From IMG/VR virus record IMGVR_UViG_3300030102_006951, positions 94,421 through 158,420 of that record: a stretch of DNA of 64,000 bases; one strand, written 5' to 3'. Source of the DNA: a virus. How positions within the stretch are numbered: position 1 is the stretch's first letter; the number at the start of each line of letters is the position of its first letter. Made by a program: the position numbers and the translations under genes. Under the pieces are notes generated by a model that was not told where the DNA came from, did not search any database, and saw only the letters and a program-made list of their open reading frames with translations. Below, in pieces: positions 9,575 through 19,718 of this stretch.

Positions 9575-10290
9575 GATTGTATTTTTTTATATGGTGTCAT
9601 ATTTCTTATTTTAATGGCGATATCATTAACAAGTGCTAAGTCTACCTTGTGGTCATTAAGTGGATTTTCTTCATTATAAATATAATTGATATCATCCATA
9701 AATTTATAGTGTTCTTGTCCAGCCATTTCTAGCATTGGGTACATGAATGATAAATCACCAGTTACTTTCCAATATACACCATTTTCATCTTTTAAATCGT
9801 CTTGCTTTATATTTCTCCACAGAAATGTTCTCCACGTTCTTATATGTGACGCTGTAAATCTAGACTTGCGTAAGTTAGGTGTGATAATTTGTTCTGAAGA
9901 AAATCCAGGATTTCCATTAGAATATCTGAAGCTGCCGTTGGCAATCCATACTTCTGGGTCTGAATAGACCTCAGCTATTCTAGAAAGTGTTTTAGAATCT
10001 GGTAACCAATCGTCACCATCAACCTCAACGATTACTTCGTCATCAGAAATTTTGTCGTTATATCTAATAACTTGGTCATAATTACCTGGTTGGTATAATT
10101 TTTCCTTATTCTCTATAAGAATGAATCTATCGTCACCATTAATCATGTTTTTAACTTTATCTACAGACCCATCAGTACTGATATCATCCGTAATATAACA
10201 TGTGAAACCTTTATAATTTTGGCCCATAAGTGAGCTAATACATTTTTCAACATAATCTTCTGCATTATATAATGTTGTAATTATTATCAT
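9571..10290 (-). CDS. glycosyltransferase family 2
   Basis: TTLYNAEDYVEKC, DDISTDGS, VDGDDWL. Confidence 0.88.
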   Translation of the reverse strand: MIIITTLYNAEDYVEKCISSLMGQNYKGFTCYITDDISTDGSVDKVKNMINGDDRFILIENKEKLYQPGNYDQVIRYNDKISDDEVIVEVDGDDWLPDSKTLSRIAEVYSDPEVWIANGSFRYSNGNPGFSSEQIITPNLRKSRFTASHIRTWRTFLWRNIKQDDLKDENGVYWKVTGDLSFMYPMLEMAGQEHYKFMDDINYIYNEENPLNDHKVDLALVNDIAIKIRNMTPYKKIQS

Positions 10291-11081
10291 AATTCTAAAA
10301 CTTTAACCCACTCTTTAATGATTTCTTCATTCGTTAAATCTTTAGTGTCGTGGTTAGTTGCGTGATTACCAAAAAATTTAGTGCCATTAGTTTCGCACTC
10401 GTCCTTAACCAGGCTGGCTACTTCTGATTTAGAAGAAAGGTAAACAGCGTCTATCATATTGTACATCTTTTCTTTATCAGATATAAACCCATATTCAATT
10501 ATCTTGTCTTTATTGTCTTCTATTATTGGTTTTACTTCGTTTTCATAAAATTGTTGGTCTGTTACATTACCAAATATATATACTTTATCATACCCGTCAT
10601 TAATTGCTCTAAGGATTGATATATGTGTTTGTTTGTTTTTATCTATTGAACCAATAACTCCAGCGCATTTATCAGCACCTTCTTCCTTAATGCTATTGGG
10701 TAGTGGTTCTTTTAAATTTGGTATTGTTACATAAGAACCCGTATATGCACTATGGTATTTTCTTTGTTTTTCATTAAGAAAAATACATTCATCCCAAAAC
10801 GGAACAACTCTACTAACTTCATATACGTCTTTTTCGTGACAATTTAAGACTACTTTTTTAACTGGTGGTCTATCTGGTAAAGCTAAGAAGTGTATGATAA
10901 GTGTGTCATCAGGTTCTGGTTTAAAATTATCCAATTTATCTGATTTACACTTATCTAAGTGCCAATCATGCGGACCATACATTTTAGCTTCGTATCCAGC
11001 GTCATTTAATGCGTTTGTTAGTCGTATAAATGCAAATGTGGAACCACCTTTATTACTCCAACCAGTAAGTATTTTTATCAT
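10287..11081 (-). CDS. GT-B glycosyltransferase-like (GT4-like)
   Basis: GGSTFAFIRLTNAL, GVIGSIDKNKQTH, YLSSKSEVASLV. Confidence 0.7.
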   Translation of the reverse strand: MIKILTGWSNKGGSTFAFIRLTNALNDAGYEAKMYGPHDWHLDKCKSDKLDNFKPEPDDTLIIHFLALPDRPPVKKVVLNCHEKDVYEVSRVVPFWDECIFLNEKQRKYHSAYTGSYVTIPNLKEPLPNSIKEEGADKCAGVIGSIDKNKQTHISILRAINDGYDKVYIFGNVTDQQFYENEVKPIIEDNKDKIIEYGFISDKEKMYNMIDAVYLSSKSEVASLVKDECETNGTKFFGNHATNHDTKDLTNEEIIKEWVKVLEL

Positions 11082-12163
11082 GATAAAACTTTTTGATATA
11101 CGTTTATTATTTCTTCAATATCGCCATCCACAGTAACGCAAGGTAATTCTGGATATAATTTTTTAAGGTCAGATGTTTTTTCAGTATCTGTGGTGTGTGT
11201 TAAATGGAATTTTACCTCACTCATTCTATATAACTTATTTGGTTCTGAAGTTACAGGTCCGTTGGGTGTGTTTACACCCCATTTTCCATCTCCAATTCTG
11301 TAACCTGGGGGTTCGTTTATTGGTACGAATTTAACTCGCTTAAACATTAGTCTTTTAAAGTTGTTTTTATCCGAATCTAATATAGGGGTTGAAACAGTGA
11401 CATTATGTTTATCTTTTTTAAGTTTATCAACTAATTCAATAGTTTCACCAATACTGCTACCGACAACTAAAACGTTGTATTTTTCCTTTCCAGTGAATAC
11501 TTTATCTATTTTTACTGGTAAGTTTTCTTTAAACTTATTAGCGAACTCTTTTCTGTTGTCTTCCCATTCTTGATTTGTTTCACCAACCGATTTATGATTT
11601 ACTCTAACATTAGTATGAACTCCAATTTTAACCCCAGATAAATAATTTCTGAAACAAAAATCTACATCATAAAAATGAAACCCCTTAACATTTAAATCAA
11701 AGTCTTTATTTATTCTACCTCTATGAACACTAAAAAAAACTCCATCTACAATAACAACTTCAGTTATTTCATTTCCTAAATCTTCACTATATGAAGATAA
11801 CCAGGTTTTTCCATTTGATGTATGTGCCACCTTACCATACATTTTTTTCCTATCATCCCACCACCTTCCGCTTTCACTCATGTATTTAGTTCCAGCAACT
11901 CCAATTATCCCAAATTCTGGATTGTCTTCAAAAAGCTTGGTTATTTTTTTGGCTATTTGTTTGGTTTCAATTGTTATGTCATCATGACAAAAAACAATGA
12001 TATCATTTTTAGCTTCCTTAATCGCTTTATGATAGTATTTTGTTAACCCTTCACCTTTGTTTATATATTCTATTATCTCAACTTTTGGGTTACCACATGC
12101 TTTTGATAAATGCTCCTTATGTTCTGGTTTAGATTCTTTTGTACAATAAACTATACTAATCAT
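11078..12163 (-). CDS. GT2-like glycosyltransferase with C-terminal extension
   Basis: ISIVYC, IVFCHDDI, VDGVFF, GFHFYDVDFC. Confidence 0.8.
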   Translation of the reverse strand: MISIVYCTKESKPEHKEHLSKACGNPKVEIIEYINKGEGLTKYYHKAIKEAKNDIIVFCHDDITIETKQIAKKITKLFEDNPEFGIIGVAGTKYMSESGRWWDDRKKMYGKVAHTSNGKTWLSSYSEDLGNEITEVVIVDGVFFSVHRGRINKDFDLNVKGFHFYDVDFCFRNYLSGVKIGVHTNVRVNHKSVGETNQEWEDNRKEFANKFKENLPVKIDKVFTGKEKYNVLVVGSSIGETIELVDKLKKDKHNVTVSTPILDSDKNNFKRLMFKRVKFVPINEPPGYRIGDGKWGVNTPNGPVTSEPNKLYRMSEVKFHLTHTTDTEKTSDLKKLYPELPCVTVDGDIEEIINVYQKVLS

Positions 12164-12843
12164 TTTATAATATTTTTATATTTTTCATTATATATTTTTA
12201 ATGCCTCTTCATAAAATTTTATTTCACCTGAAAGTAAATCCTCTAATTTATTCTTATCTTCTTCGATTATTTCTTTTTTATTCTTGGTTTTATTAGTCGT
12301 TTGATATTTTGGAATCCAATTATTAGTTACACAACACAAATCAATAAATTCATTATAATTTTCAGTAAACCCAAAAATAAATTTATCGTCTTTAATATTT
12401 TTTAATGCAATTTGTAATTTAGATTCATAAGGTAGGTCTTTTGGTGCACCAGAAACATGATTTAATTGATAAAATAATTGACTTGTGTCTTCATTGAACC
12501 AGTCTATAATATTTTTGTTTTCATTTATCCAACCTCTGTCTATTGCGTATCGGTATGCTGAAATGGTTCTGGAAACTGGATGTCTAAGCATAGCAATATA
12601 TTGATAGTCTTTAGTTTTAAGGTATTCGTGTAGGCCATAAGTGAAGTGTTCCGAAAATAAATCATAGTGTTCTAGGGTTGCCATTCCATTTGGTTCTGAT
12701 TCTAAAAATTTACCAATGTCTTTGACATCGGTTAAGTACCATAATTTACCATAACCCCAATAATGTTTTTTAATATTTGATTCTAGAAAGTGTCTAAAGC
12801 TAGTTCCAGCGGTTTTACCTATATGTAAAAATATATGTTTCAA
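12160..12843 (-). CDS. sulfotransferase-family protein
   Basis: FLHIGKTAGTS (5'-PSB loop) and LRHPVSRTISAY (3'-PB motif); TTG start overlaps the upstream TGA stop. Confidence 0.8.
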   Translation of the reverse strand: MKHIFLHIGKTAGTSFRHFLESNIKKHYWGYGKLWYLTDVKDIGKFLESEPNGMATLEHYDLFSEHFTYGLHEYLKTKDYQYIAMLRHPVSRTISAYRYAIDRGWINENKNIIDWFNEDTSQLFYQLNHVSGAPKDLPYESKLQIALKNIKDDKFIFGFTENYNEFIDLCCVTNNWIPKYQTTNKTKNKKEIIEEDKNKLEDLLSGEIKFYEEALKIYNEKYKNIIK

Positions 12844-13007
12844 GATTTATTTTTATTAAACTTTATGGTTTTCAATTCATTAACTAAGTTTTTAAGTTCT
12901 TTTTTTAAACCAGATAGTGTCCAACCATCATAGTATTCCCCCATAGCAATTTCAGTTTTCAACCATGAAATTCTTTTTTTAATTTTTTCTATCCTTTCTT
13001 TTATCAT
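12840..13007 (-). CDS. small hypothetical protein (55 aa), not in ORF track
   Basis: MIKERIEKIKKRISWLKTEIAMGEYYDGWTLSGLKKELKNLVNELKTIKFNKNKS; its TGA overlaps the next TTG start. Confidence 0.65.
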   Translation of the reverse strand: MIKERIEKIKKRISWLKTEIAMGEYYDGWTLSGLKKELKNLVNELKTIKFNKNKS

Positions 13008-13137
13008 ACCTTAAATTTAAAAAATAATTTCTAATTTTAGAACCTAAATCCTGGTCATTCGGGTATTCCTTAACTAAGTTTATTAAATCTTTTAAGTGCT
13101 CTTTCTCAGTTTTTTTTAATTTATACATTATACTCAT
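12979..13137 (-). CDS. small hypothetical protein (52 aa), not in ORF track
   Basis: MSIMYKLKKTEKEHLKDLINLVKEYPNDQDLGSKIRNYFLNLRYDKRKDRKN; starts 2 nt after the upstream stop. Confidence 0.6.
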   Translation of the reverse strand: MSIMYKLKKTEKEHLKDLINLVKEYPNDQDLGSKIRNYFLNLRYDKRKDRKN

Positions 13138-13139
13138 TT

Positions 13140-14249
13140 TTATTTATTAAATCTTTTAAACGAATTATCACTAATTCTTATAATATTTGCTTTATTAACA
13201 AATTCCTCTAGTGTATTTGAATCTGAATAACTCATTGCTGAACGTAAATATGACTTAAAATTATCAACCCAACCACTGAGAGTGTATTCTATCTTTCTAT
13301 ATGTGACTATACCTTCAGATGTTTTTAATACGGCATTTCCCCACTTTCTTTGAACCTCTTTTGTACTCATCCCTCTGAACTTTTTGTACACTGGTATTGA
13401 GATATCTCTACATTTTTTAGCACCATATTGAGTTATGGGTACTCTTCTGAATATATAATTTTTACCACATGACTCTAAGGCTTTATTAAAAATACTACCA
13501 ATCATTACATAATCAGCACCAAGAGCTAGAGCTTTTATTACGTCTGAATAGTTTTTCATACCCCCATCGGCAACTATTTTAGCTGGGTTGTCTAAGCTCA
13601 ATGATTTATAGTAACACTCTCTAACTAGACTAGCCATTGGGAACCCAACGCCAGTTTGCTGTGTTGTTAAACATCCACCACCATTTCCTATACCCACTCT
13701 TATATAGTCAGCCCCAGCATTTGATAATAAACCATACGTTTCAGGGTTGGCTACATTGCCTACCATTAATAATAATTTATCACCCCATATTTCTTTTGAT
13801 TTAGACACTGATTCAACCATTTCTTTGGTATGACCATTTGCAGTATCTATTAACACCTTAAATTGTGTTGGTGGGGTAGTGGATGATTTTATATATGACT
13901 CTAAAATTTTTTCTCTTATTATAAATGTGTTTATAAACTCCTTAAGTGAGTATGATTTAAAACTTGAATCGTTACCTTCTTCACCTCTTGGTAAACATAT
14001 ATTAATACCTAGCTCTTCAAATTTTTTGTAGTTGGTGTTATCAATAACGGTATCCATTGGTGCGGTGAATAATGGTAATTTACCATTTTCATCTATAATA
14101 TTTATTCTAGACCTAGTACTAATATCACTTACTTTAGATGGTTCTATTAATACATCATTAAAATCTAATTTTAATGTATTCTCATTAAAAAAAGTATTCA
14201 AACCCATATGTTTTTTATTTAATTCCTGTTGAGCCAAATCCACCATCAC
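13140..14249 (-). CDS. guaC: GMP reductase / IMPDH-family enzyme (likely true start 14207)
   Basis: [68 protein letters not shown]; no CBS domains. Confidence 0.82.
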   Translation of the reverse strand: MMVDLAQQELNKKHMGLNTFFNENTLKLDFNDVLIEPSKVSDISTRSRINIIDENGKLPLFTAPMDTVIDNTNYKKFEELGINICLPRGEEGNDSSFKSYSLKEFINTFIIREKILESYIKSSTTPPTQFKVLIDTANGHTKEMVESVSKSKEIWGDKLLLMVGNVANPETYGLLSNAGADYIRVGIGNGGGCLTTQQTGVGFPMASLVRECYYKSLSLDNPAKIVADGGMKNYSDVIKALALGADYVMIGSIFNKALESCGKNYIFRRVPITQYGAKKCRDISIPVYKKFRGMSTKEVQRKWGNAVLKTSEGIVTYRKIEYTLSGWVDNFKSYLRSAMSYSDSNTLEEFVNKANIIRISDNSFKRFNK

Positions 14250-14817
14250 CTCTATTTGTTTGATTTAGGCTTTCAACCTTTGTAAAATTTACTAATGTCT
14301 TTCCCACCAAGCTCGATAAGACACCTTGAGCTATTCTATCACCATTTTCAATTATAAATGGTTCTTTACCATGATTTATAAGTATAATCATAACTTCACC
14401 TCTGTAGTCAGAATCTATAGTTCCTGGTGAATTTAATACTGTAACACCGTGTTTTGCCGCTAAACCACTTCTGGGTCTTACCTGTAATTCCAAGTGTGTT
14501 GGTAGTTCAAAGTAAAGACCTGTTGATATCATTGTTTTTTCACCTGGTCCTAGTGTTACTACTTCATTTATATTAGCCCTGAAATCAAATCCAGCTGACC
14601 CCTCTGTAGAATATTCTGGGTCTGGGTTATTTGATTTATTAATAAATTTAATAGAGTATCCAATACTGAATTCATTTTTTGTTACATCGGTTTCTGGTAA
14701 GATATACTTATCTAATTGTGAATACTGTTTAGTGAATTCATCTAAATTATACCCGCCTTCTTCATTTATCGCTTTTAATAAATTTTCAAGCATTTCAATT
14801 TCCTTAAAATCTGACAT
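14215..14817 (-). CDS. dut: trimeric dUTPase with N-terminal extension
   Basis: [38 protein letters not shown] (all five motifs). Confidence 0.95.
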   Translation of the reverse strand: MSDFKEIEMLENLLKAINEEGGYNLDEFTKQYSQLDKYILPETDVTKNEFSIGYSIKFINKSNNPDPEYSTEGSAGFDFRANINEVVTLGPGEKTMISTGLYFELPTHLELQVRPRSGLAAKHGVTVLNSPGTIDSDYRGEVMIILINHGKEPFIIENGDRIAQGVLSSLVGKTLVNFTKVESLNQTNRGDGGFGSTGIK

Positions 14818-14834
14818 ATAATATATTAATTATG

Positions 14835-15389
14835 TTATTTTTCTGACATTATTGCGACCATGTTTGCAGTTCTTAATAATGCGGATAATTTTTCACCTAA
14901 AGTTGTCATTGGTCTTTGTGAAAAATCGCTATTATAGTTATATATTGCAAAAACCTCATCTTCGTTTAAATTTATACCACATTTAAGTGCATAGTAAATT
15001 GAACGCTCAGCTGTAGACATACTTAATAGTTCGTCATTAAATGTATACATTTCTCCTCTATTATCTTTATGCCACTTAGATGTTTGTTCTGAATACATTT
15101 TAGCTTTACCAATTTGGTGAATTAAACACACCCTAATTATGTTTTCTGAGCTAACTTGCTTATCTTCTGGCAAAGCCTCATTAATATTTAAAGCGTACTT
15201 AGTTGTGTTCAATATGTGTTGTATTAAACCACCATCATAGGCACCGTAAAGGTTTGTTGTTGTAGTGCATGGAGCATCAATAAACTCTTTTCCGAGCATA
15301 TTCATTAAATCGTCATTTACGACATCGTATTTAAGTCCAGTATCATTAAATTTTTTTGCGTTTTTTAAAATTTTTTCTTTTGATAACAT
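14835..15389 (-). CDS. HD-domain-like protein (degenerate)
   Basis: APC..GAYDGGLIQHIL ... CLIHQIGK resembles HD hydrolases, with HD changed to HQ. Confidence 0.55.
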   Translation of the reverse strand: MLSKEKILKNAKKFNDTGLKYDVVNDDLMNMLGKEFIDAPCTTTTNLYGAYDGGLIQHILNTTKYALNINEALPEDKQVSSENIIRVCLIHQIGKAKMYSEQTSKWHKDNRGEMYTFNDELLSMSTAERSIYYALKCGINLNEDEVFAIYNYNSDFSQRPMTTLGEKLSALLRTANMVAIMSEK

Positions 15390-15412
15390 AAATATTTTTT
15401 TTAATTATTTGT

Positions 15413-15760
15413 TTAAACAGGAATGTGTTCTTTTAATGGGCCAACAACAACATTTGTTATTTTTCCTTCAGAATCTAATGTGACTCCAGTTCTATTTTTA
15501 AAAGATTCTTCTAAAGATTCACTATTTTTTTCGATTATTGCGTTTTTCTTAGCTTCTTCCTTTAAGTTATTCATCTTCTCTTTTAATTCGTTCTTAACTC
15601 TAGATTCAACATTGTCTATTTCATCTATTTTTTTCATGATATCGTGAGCCCTCGTCATATCACCTGTTTTATCATTGGTTTTGTTGTCTTCAACAACATC
15701 ATCTTTTAAGTATTCTGCTATAAAGTCAAATACTAAATTTAGTTTTTCTTTTTTATTCAT
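15413..15760 (-). CDS. hypothetical protein (start 15760 preferred over 15808)
   Basis: MNKKEKLNLVF start avoids overlap with the upstream gene. Confidence 0.65.
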   Translation of the reverse strand: MNKKEKLNLVFDFIAEYLKDDVVEDNKTNDKTGDMTRAHDIMKKIDEIDNVESRVKNELKEKMNNLKEEAKKNAIIEKNSESLEESFKNRTGVTLDSEGKITNVVVGPLKEHIPV

Positions 15761-15782
15761 AAACACAAATTTAAAACAATTT

Positions 15783-17063
15783 TTAAGATATTGCAACTTT
15801 TGCAACACTCGATTTTTTATTTTTTAATATATTAATATATAAATTTTTCCTATTTTCAGTCACGGCATCAATACTATATTTGTCTTTAACTGTATCGTTT
15901 AACTTACTACTTAGTTCAGTAACCAATTCTGGATTTTCAATCAATCTTTTTATGTTTCTAAACCAGTCTTTATGATTTTTATTAGACTTGACCAACAACG
16001 CATTTCCCATTGGGTTTACTGGTAGGTTGTGTTGTCCTTTTTCTGGTTTATCATAGTAGTTAAATAAGTCTAGTTGATATGGCCCAAAGTCTTGCGCAAT
16101 AATAGCCTTATTATGAAAACCAGCTTCAATAACTTTTAATTGTGACTTAACCTTGTTAAAAGTATGTTCTTCAAGTGGTGCTAAAGATACATCAAATAAG
16201 TTATAATTTGTGGCATATGTGGAAATTGGTTTAGTCCATACTCTTCTATATGATTCATTTTCAACTCCGTCATATTCATCTTGTTTAAAACTAAGCAAAT
16301 GTTTTCTATATTCATCACTAACTATAGAGTAATTATCTGTAAATATTTTTTCATACTGATACCAAACACTTTCTTTTGGTTGTATTGGCCTTTGTTTTCT
16401 TTTTCCAGTTTTTTCATCAATCATTGTTACTGAACCCCTTAAGTCGAAACCACATAATACTAATTGTATTTTGTCTATTAATTTACTTGATTTTAATTGT
16501 CCAACAAAATTACCTAATAATTGTAGGTCTTTTAAGTGGCTACTACCTCCTAGCCATCCTATTCTTAATTTGTCTGAGGGTTCTGATTTTGGTTTATATT
16601 GTTTTTCTTTAGGGTCGATTGCGTTTGGTAAAACAAATACGTTTTCATTGTATTTTTTAATTTCATCAGCAAACAGTGGTGTTGTAGTTATTATATTTCT
16701 AGCCACTTTAATATTATTTAAAATATTTTTATCCATTCCAGATTGTTTAATCAATAGATAGGCTGGGTGGTGTTTCCCTGGAGACCAGTGGTCATCGATA
16801 TCCATAAATGTTTTGATTCCCAATTTATCACACCTTTCTAATACGCTTTCGACTTTATCAAATGGGCCCAAGCTTCTATGATAATGAATTATATCGTATT
16901 TTTTTAAAAAATTATCATCATTAATTTTTGGTTCATAATCTATGTCAATATGAAATTTATCTGGATAATTATTTTCTAGTGTGATGTGTGGTTTTGTTGA
17001 GCGGAAATAACCAACCCCTGTTCTGTCTGACGGTACTACTAATACCTTAATTTTTTTACTCAT
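15783..17063 (-). CDS. GT-B glycosyltransferase
   Basis: TGVGYFRS, MDIDDHW, VLPNAID, IGWLGGSSH, DVSLAPL..FNKVKSQLKVIEAG. Confidence 0.85.
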   Translation of the reverse strand: MSKKIKVLVVPSDRTGVGYFRSTKPHITLENNYPDKFHIDIDYEPKINDDNFLKKYDIIHYHRSLGPFDKVESVLERCDKLGIKTFMDIDDHWSPGKHHPAYLLIKQSGMDKNILNNIKVARNIITTTPLFADEIKKYNENVFVLPNAIDPKEKQYKPKSEPSDKLRIGWLGGSSHLKDLQLLGNFVGQLKSSKLIDKIQLVLCGFDLRGSVTMIDEKTGKRKQRPIQPKESVWYQYEKIFTDNYSIVSDEYRKHLLSFKQDEYDGVENESYRRVWTKPISTYATNYNLFDVSLAPLEEHTFNKVKSQLKVIEAGFHNKAIIAQDFGPYQLDLFNYYDKPEKGQHNLPVNPMGNALLVKSNKNHKDWFRNIKRLIENPELVTELSSKLNDTVKDKYSIDAVTENRKNLYINILKNKKSSVAKVAIS

Positions 17064-17132
17064 ATACTTACTAGTTAAAACTTTTATAATTATAGTTAAG
17101 TATAGATATAAAATTTATAAATGTAAATGATA

Positions 17133-17155
17133 AAGGCCCAGAAAAACTGAGCCTT
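17133..17155 (-). terminator. hairpin, putative terminator after 17182..17748
   Basis: Minus strand AAGGCTCAG-TTTTT-CTGGGCCTT; weak U-tract. Confidence 0.45.
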
Positions 17156-17181
17156 AAATTTTATATAATTAATTATTATAT

Positions 17182-17748
17182 TTATTTACTTCTTTTTGTT
17201 TTAATTTTACCTTCTTTAACTAAAGTATTAATAGTTTTTTTAATAACACTTTCGCTTATATTTTTACTATAGTCTACTGACAAATATTCAATTAAAACAT
17301 CTTTAATCATGTCTCTTAATCCAGACTTACTTATTGTAATCATATCACCGTTAACGATACTCTCATTTACGTTTTTATTGTTAGTCTGCATTGGTTTTTC
17401 GTTAATTAAATCTGAAACATCATCTAAATTGAATGTATGACCCATTGTTGGTTGTTTTATTGGGTTTTCTAACATTGCTTTTTTAATTTCTTCTGGCATT
17501 TTTGAATTTAAAATAGCTTCTTTATTAGGTTGTTTCATCTGTCTAGTGGCATTTCCCATTGTTTGGGCCTGAGTGCTAGTTTTTACATTTGTTTCACTAA
17601 CATATCCTTCAGTGTTTTGCGTAAATGCATCACCATTAACATTTCCCGTTTCATAATTACCGTTATCTACTTTATTCATAACAGCTTTAGCGCTACCAAG
17701 TATATTTTTTAACTTTGTCAAATCCGCTGGTGGTGGAACTCCATTCAT
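17182..17748 (-). CDS. hypothetical phage protein
   Basis: 188-aa ORF. Confidence 0.7.
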   Translation of the reverse strand: MNGVPPPADLTKLKNILGSAKAVMNKVDNGNYETGNVNGDAFTQNTEGYVSETNVKTSTQAQTMGNATRQMKQPNKEAILNSKMPEEIKKAMLENPIKQPTMGHTFNLDDVSDLINEKPMQTNNKNVNESIVNGDMITISKSGLRDMIKDVLIEYLSVDYSKNISESVIKKTINTLVKEGKIKTKRSK

Positions 17749-17768
17749 AATACTTTTTTTTTTAATTA

Positions 17769-18197
17769 TTAACTTTTATTTTCTACACCCTTTTCTAAAC
17801 CGTTCATAAATGAACTGTCTTTGGTGGGGCCAACATATGGTGGTATGTTTTCACCACCTTTAATTTTATTAACTGGTTTATACCATTTTAAGTCAGTTGG
17901 TTCTATTCTTTTAATTTTATCTATTAAGAATATTTTCCAAAACCCATTAGCTTTACCGCTAGTTGATTCACCGCTAGCTTGGAATGCTCTAATTGCTGGA
18001 TTACCAGCTTTAGTTTTTCCTTTTCCATATATAAATACGTACCTCTGACTTAATGAACCGTCTTTATTTTCGTACCATATTCTCGCTGAGCGATAAAACT
18101 TATTACCGCTTTTGGATATCTCACCATCAATCATTGAATCTATGGTACTTATATTGCTTTCTAATATAAGGCCTTTATATATATTGTAAAGCTTCAT
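17769..18197 (-). CDS. WYL-like domain protein
   Basis: IWY...RYVFIYGKG..KAGNPAIRAFQ...WKIFLIDKI resembles the WYL (SH3-like) pattern. Confidence 0.5.
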   Translation of the reverse strand: MKLYNIYKGLILESNISTIDSMIDGEISKSGNKFYRSARIWYENKDGSLSQRYVFIYGKGKTKAGNPAIRAFQASGESTSGKANGFWKIFLIDKIKRIEPTDLKWYKPVNKIKGGENIPPYVGPTKDSSFMNGLEKGVENKS

Positions 18198-18204
18198 ATT
18201 TTTT

Positions 18205-18549
18205 TTATAGTACTACTTGACCAATATTTTCTGTTGTGTCAGGTGTTGTGTAATTATCTGATGGTGTGTATCCCCAGGTTGCACCGTTGTTTGCAAATGC
18301 TGCTAATCTACCAGAACCACCATAGAGTGGGTTACCGTTAATATCTACATCCCCACCACCATTATTTGTGTCTAAAAATACACCAGTGCCTTTACCATAA
18401 ATTGGTGTGACCTGGTCTGACAAGGCTTTAGTGTGTGTAGCACTGTAATTGTTTCCTGGGTCTGAGTTGTCGTAACTATTACTTGCGATTAATGAATTTC
18501 TTTGCGATATAGCAATTTGTTCTAATCTATTACTTGTGTAATTTGGCAT
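18205..18549 (-). CDS. hypothetical, probably virion protein
   Basis: 114-aa G/N/T-rich ORF. Confidence 0.6.
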   Translation of the reverse strand: MPNYTSNRLEQIAISQRNSLIASNSYDNSDPGNNYSATHTKALSDQVTPIYGKGTGVFLDTNNGGGDVDINGNPLYGGSGRLAAFANNGATWGYTPSDNYTTPDTTENIGQVVL

Positions 18550-18551
18550 AA

Positions 18552-19022
18552 TTATAAAATTTTATTATCTTTATTGTTATTCATATACTCTATTAAATAT
18601 CTAACAGCTTCAATTTCTGACTCATATGACTCATAATATTGCAATCTATTATTCTCTATCTGGTCAGAAACCTTAGAGTGTTTACCGCTAGAGTTGATTT
18701 TGACCATGCCACCAATTTTAGTTGGATTTGCATTGTCCTTATCTTTGGTGTGTGTATCTTTAAATGCGTTACCACCCTTTTTTGAGCCAACGCCTTTGGT
18801 TTTCATTATAATTCTTTTAACACCGTCAATTTTTTTTATTTCCCCATCATGTTTAGCATTTAACCAGTTAAATATTTCTTCTTCTAATTCAGTTAAATTT
18901 TCTTTAGACTTTAACCTACTTAATCTGGTTGTTATATTATTTCCAGATATTTTATCACCTAATTCTTTTTTTAGGTTATCTGGAACAACATAATCTTTAT
19001 TTATGAAATCATGATTGGGCAT
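18552..19022 (-). CDS. hypothetical protein
   Basis: 156-aa ORF coupled to its neighbours. Confidence 0.65.
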   Translation of the reverse strand: MPNHDFINKDYVVPDNLKKELGDKISGNNITTRLSRLKSKENLTELEEEIFNWLNAKHDGEIKKIDGVKRIIMKTKGVGSKKGGNAFKDTHTKDKDNANPTKIGGMVKINSSGKHSKVSDQIENNRLQYYESYESEIEAVRYLIEYMNNNKDNKIL

Positions 19023-19654
19023 TACGTTATTATTTTTTTAATTTCATACTTTATTAATGTAGACATTTTTTTTAAATTAACATTATCATTTAAACTTTTA
19101 AGTGTATGAAAAATAACGGTACCAAGTTCGTCATCCGTTAATTCAGAACCACTTATTGATGATATAAACTTGTTCATTGTTGTAATAACTTCTGGTTTAT
19201 TTATCTCATCAATATCCATTATGTTATTATTATTTATGTCTTCTGGACTTGATTTATCCACTATCTCTCGACTTGAGGTATAGTTGTTTAGTAACTCTTT
19301 TATTAAATCTTCCATTTTACCCTTAGCCTCTTCATTTTCTCTTACACCATACATTCCACCAATACCCCATGGATTACCCATGTTTGGTCCAAACGGGTGA
19401 AACCTACTTAGTCTATTTTTAGCCATAGTTGCATAATCATCTCCAGTTGTCGGTATGTCTTCTTCATATTCCGATTCATCATCAAAAGATTTTTGCGTGT
19501 TAGTACTTATTTGACTCACGGATGATAATTCTGGTTTATCTCCACCAAAATCACCTTCTGGTTCAAATATTTCATCAATGTCTTCGTCAACATTTTTATT
19601 ATTTTTCTCTTTAGATAAATAATTTTCCTCGAATTCTTTTTTAGTGAATTTCAT
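19022..19654 (-). CDS. hypothetical acidic protein
   Basis: 210-aa ORF, first gene of the leftward unit. Confidence 0.65.
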   Translation of the reverse strand: MKFTKKEFEENYLSKEKNNKNVDEDIDEIFEPEGDFGGDKPELSSVSQISTNTQKSFDDESEYEEDIPTTGDDYATMAKNRLSRFHPFGPNMGNPWGIGGMYGVRENEEAKGKMEDLIKELLNNYTSSREIVDKSSPEDINNNNIMDIDEINKPEVITTMNKFISSISGSELTDDELGTVIFHTLKSLNDNVNLKKMSTLIKYEIKKIIT

Positions 19655-19670
19655 AAATATTCTTTTTATT

Positions 19671-19700
19671 ATAAATATAAGCTAAAACCATAATATTTAT
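19671..19700. promoter_or_regulatory. back-to-back putative late promoters (ATATTTAT on each strand)
   Basis: ATAAATAT at 19671-19678 (minus sense) and ATATTTAT at 19693-19700 (plus sense) between divergent genes; the same motif precedes many structural genes. Confidence 0.55.
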
Positions 19701-19718
19701 ATAAAAAGATTTTTAATT

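Noticed and set aside
101-17063. Bacterial chromosomal LPS/capsule locus
   Set aside because: It is contiguous with phage structural and replication genes and lacks wzx, wzy, ABC export or a priming transferase
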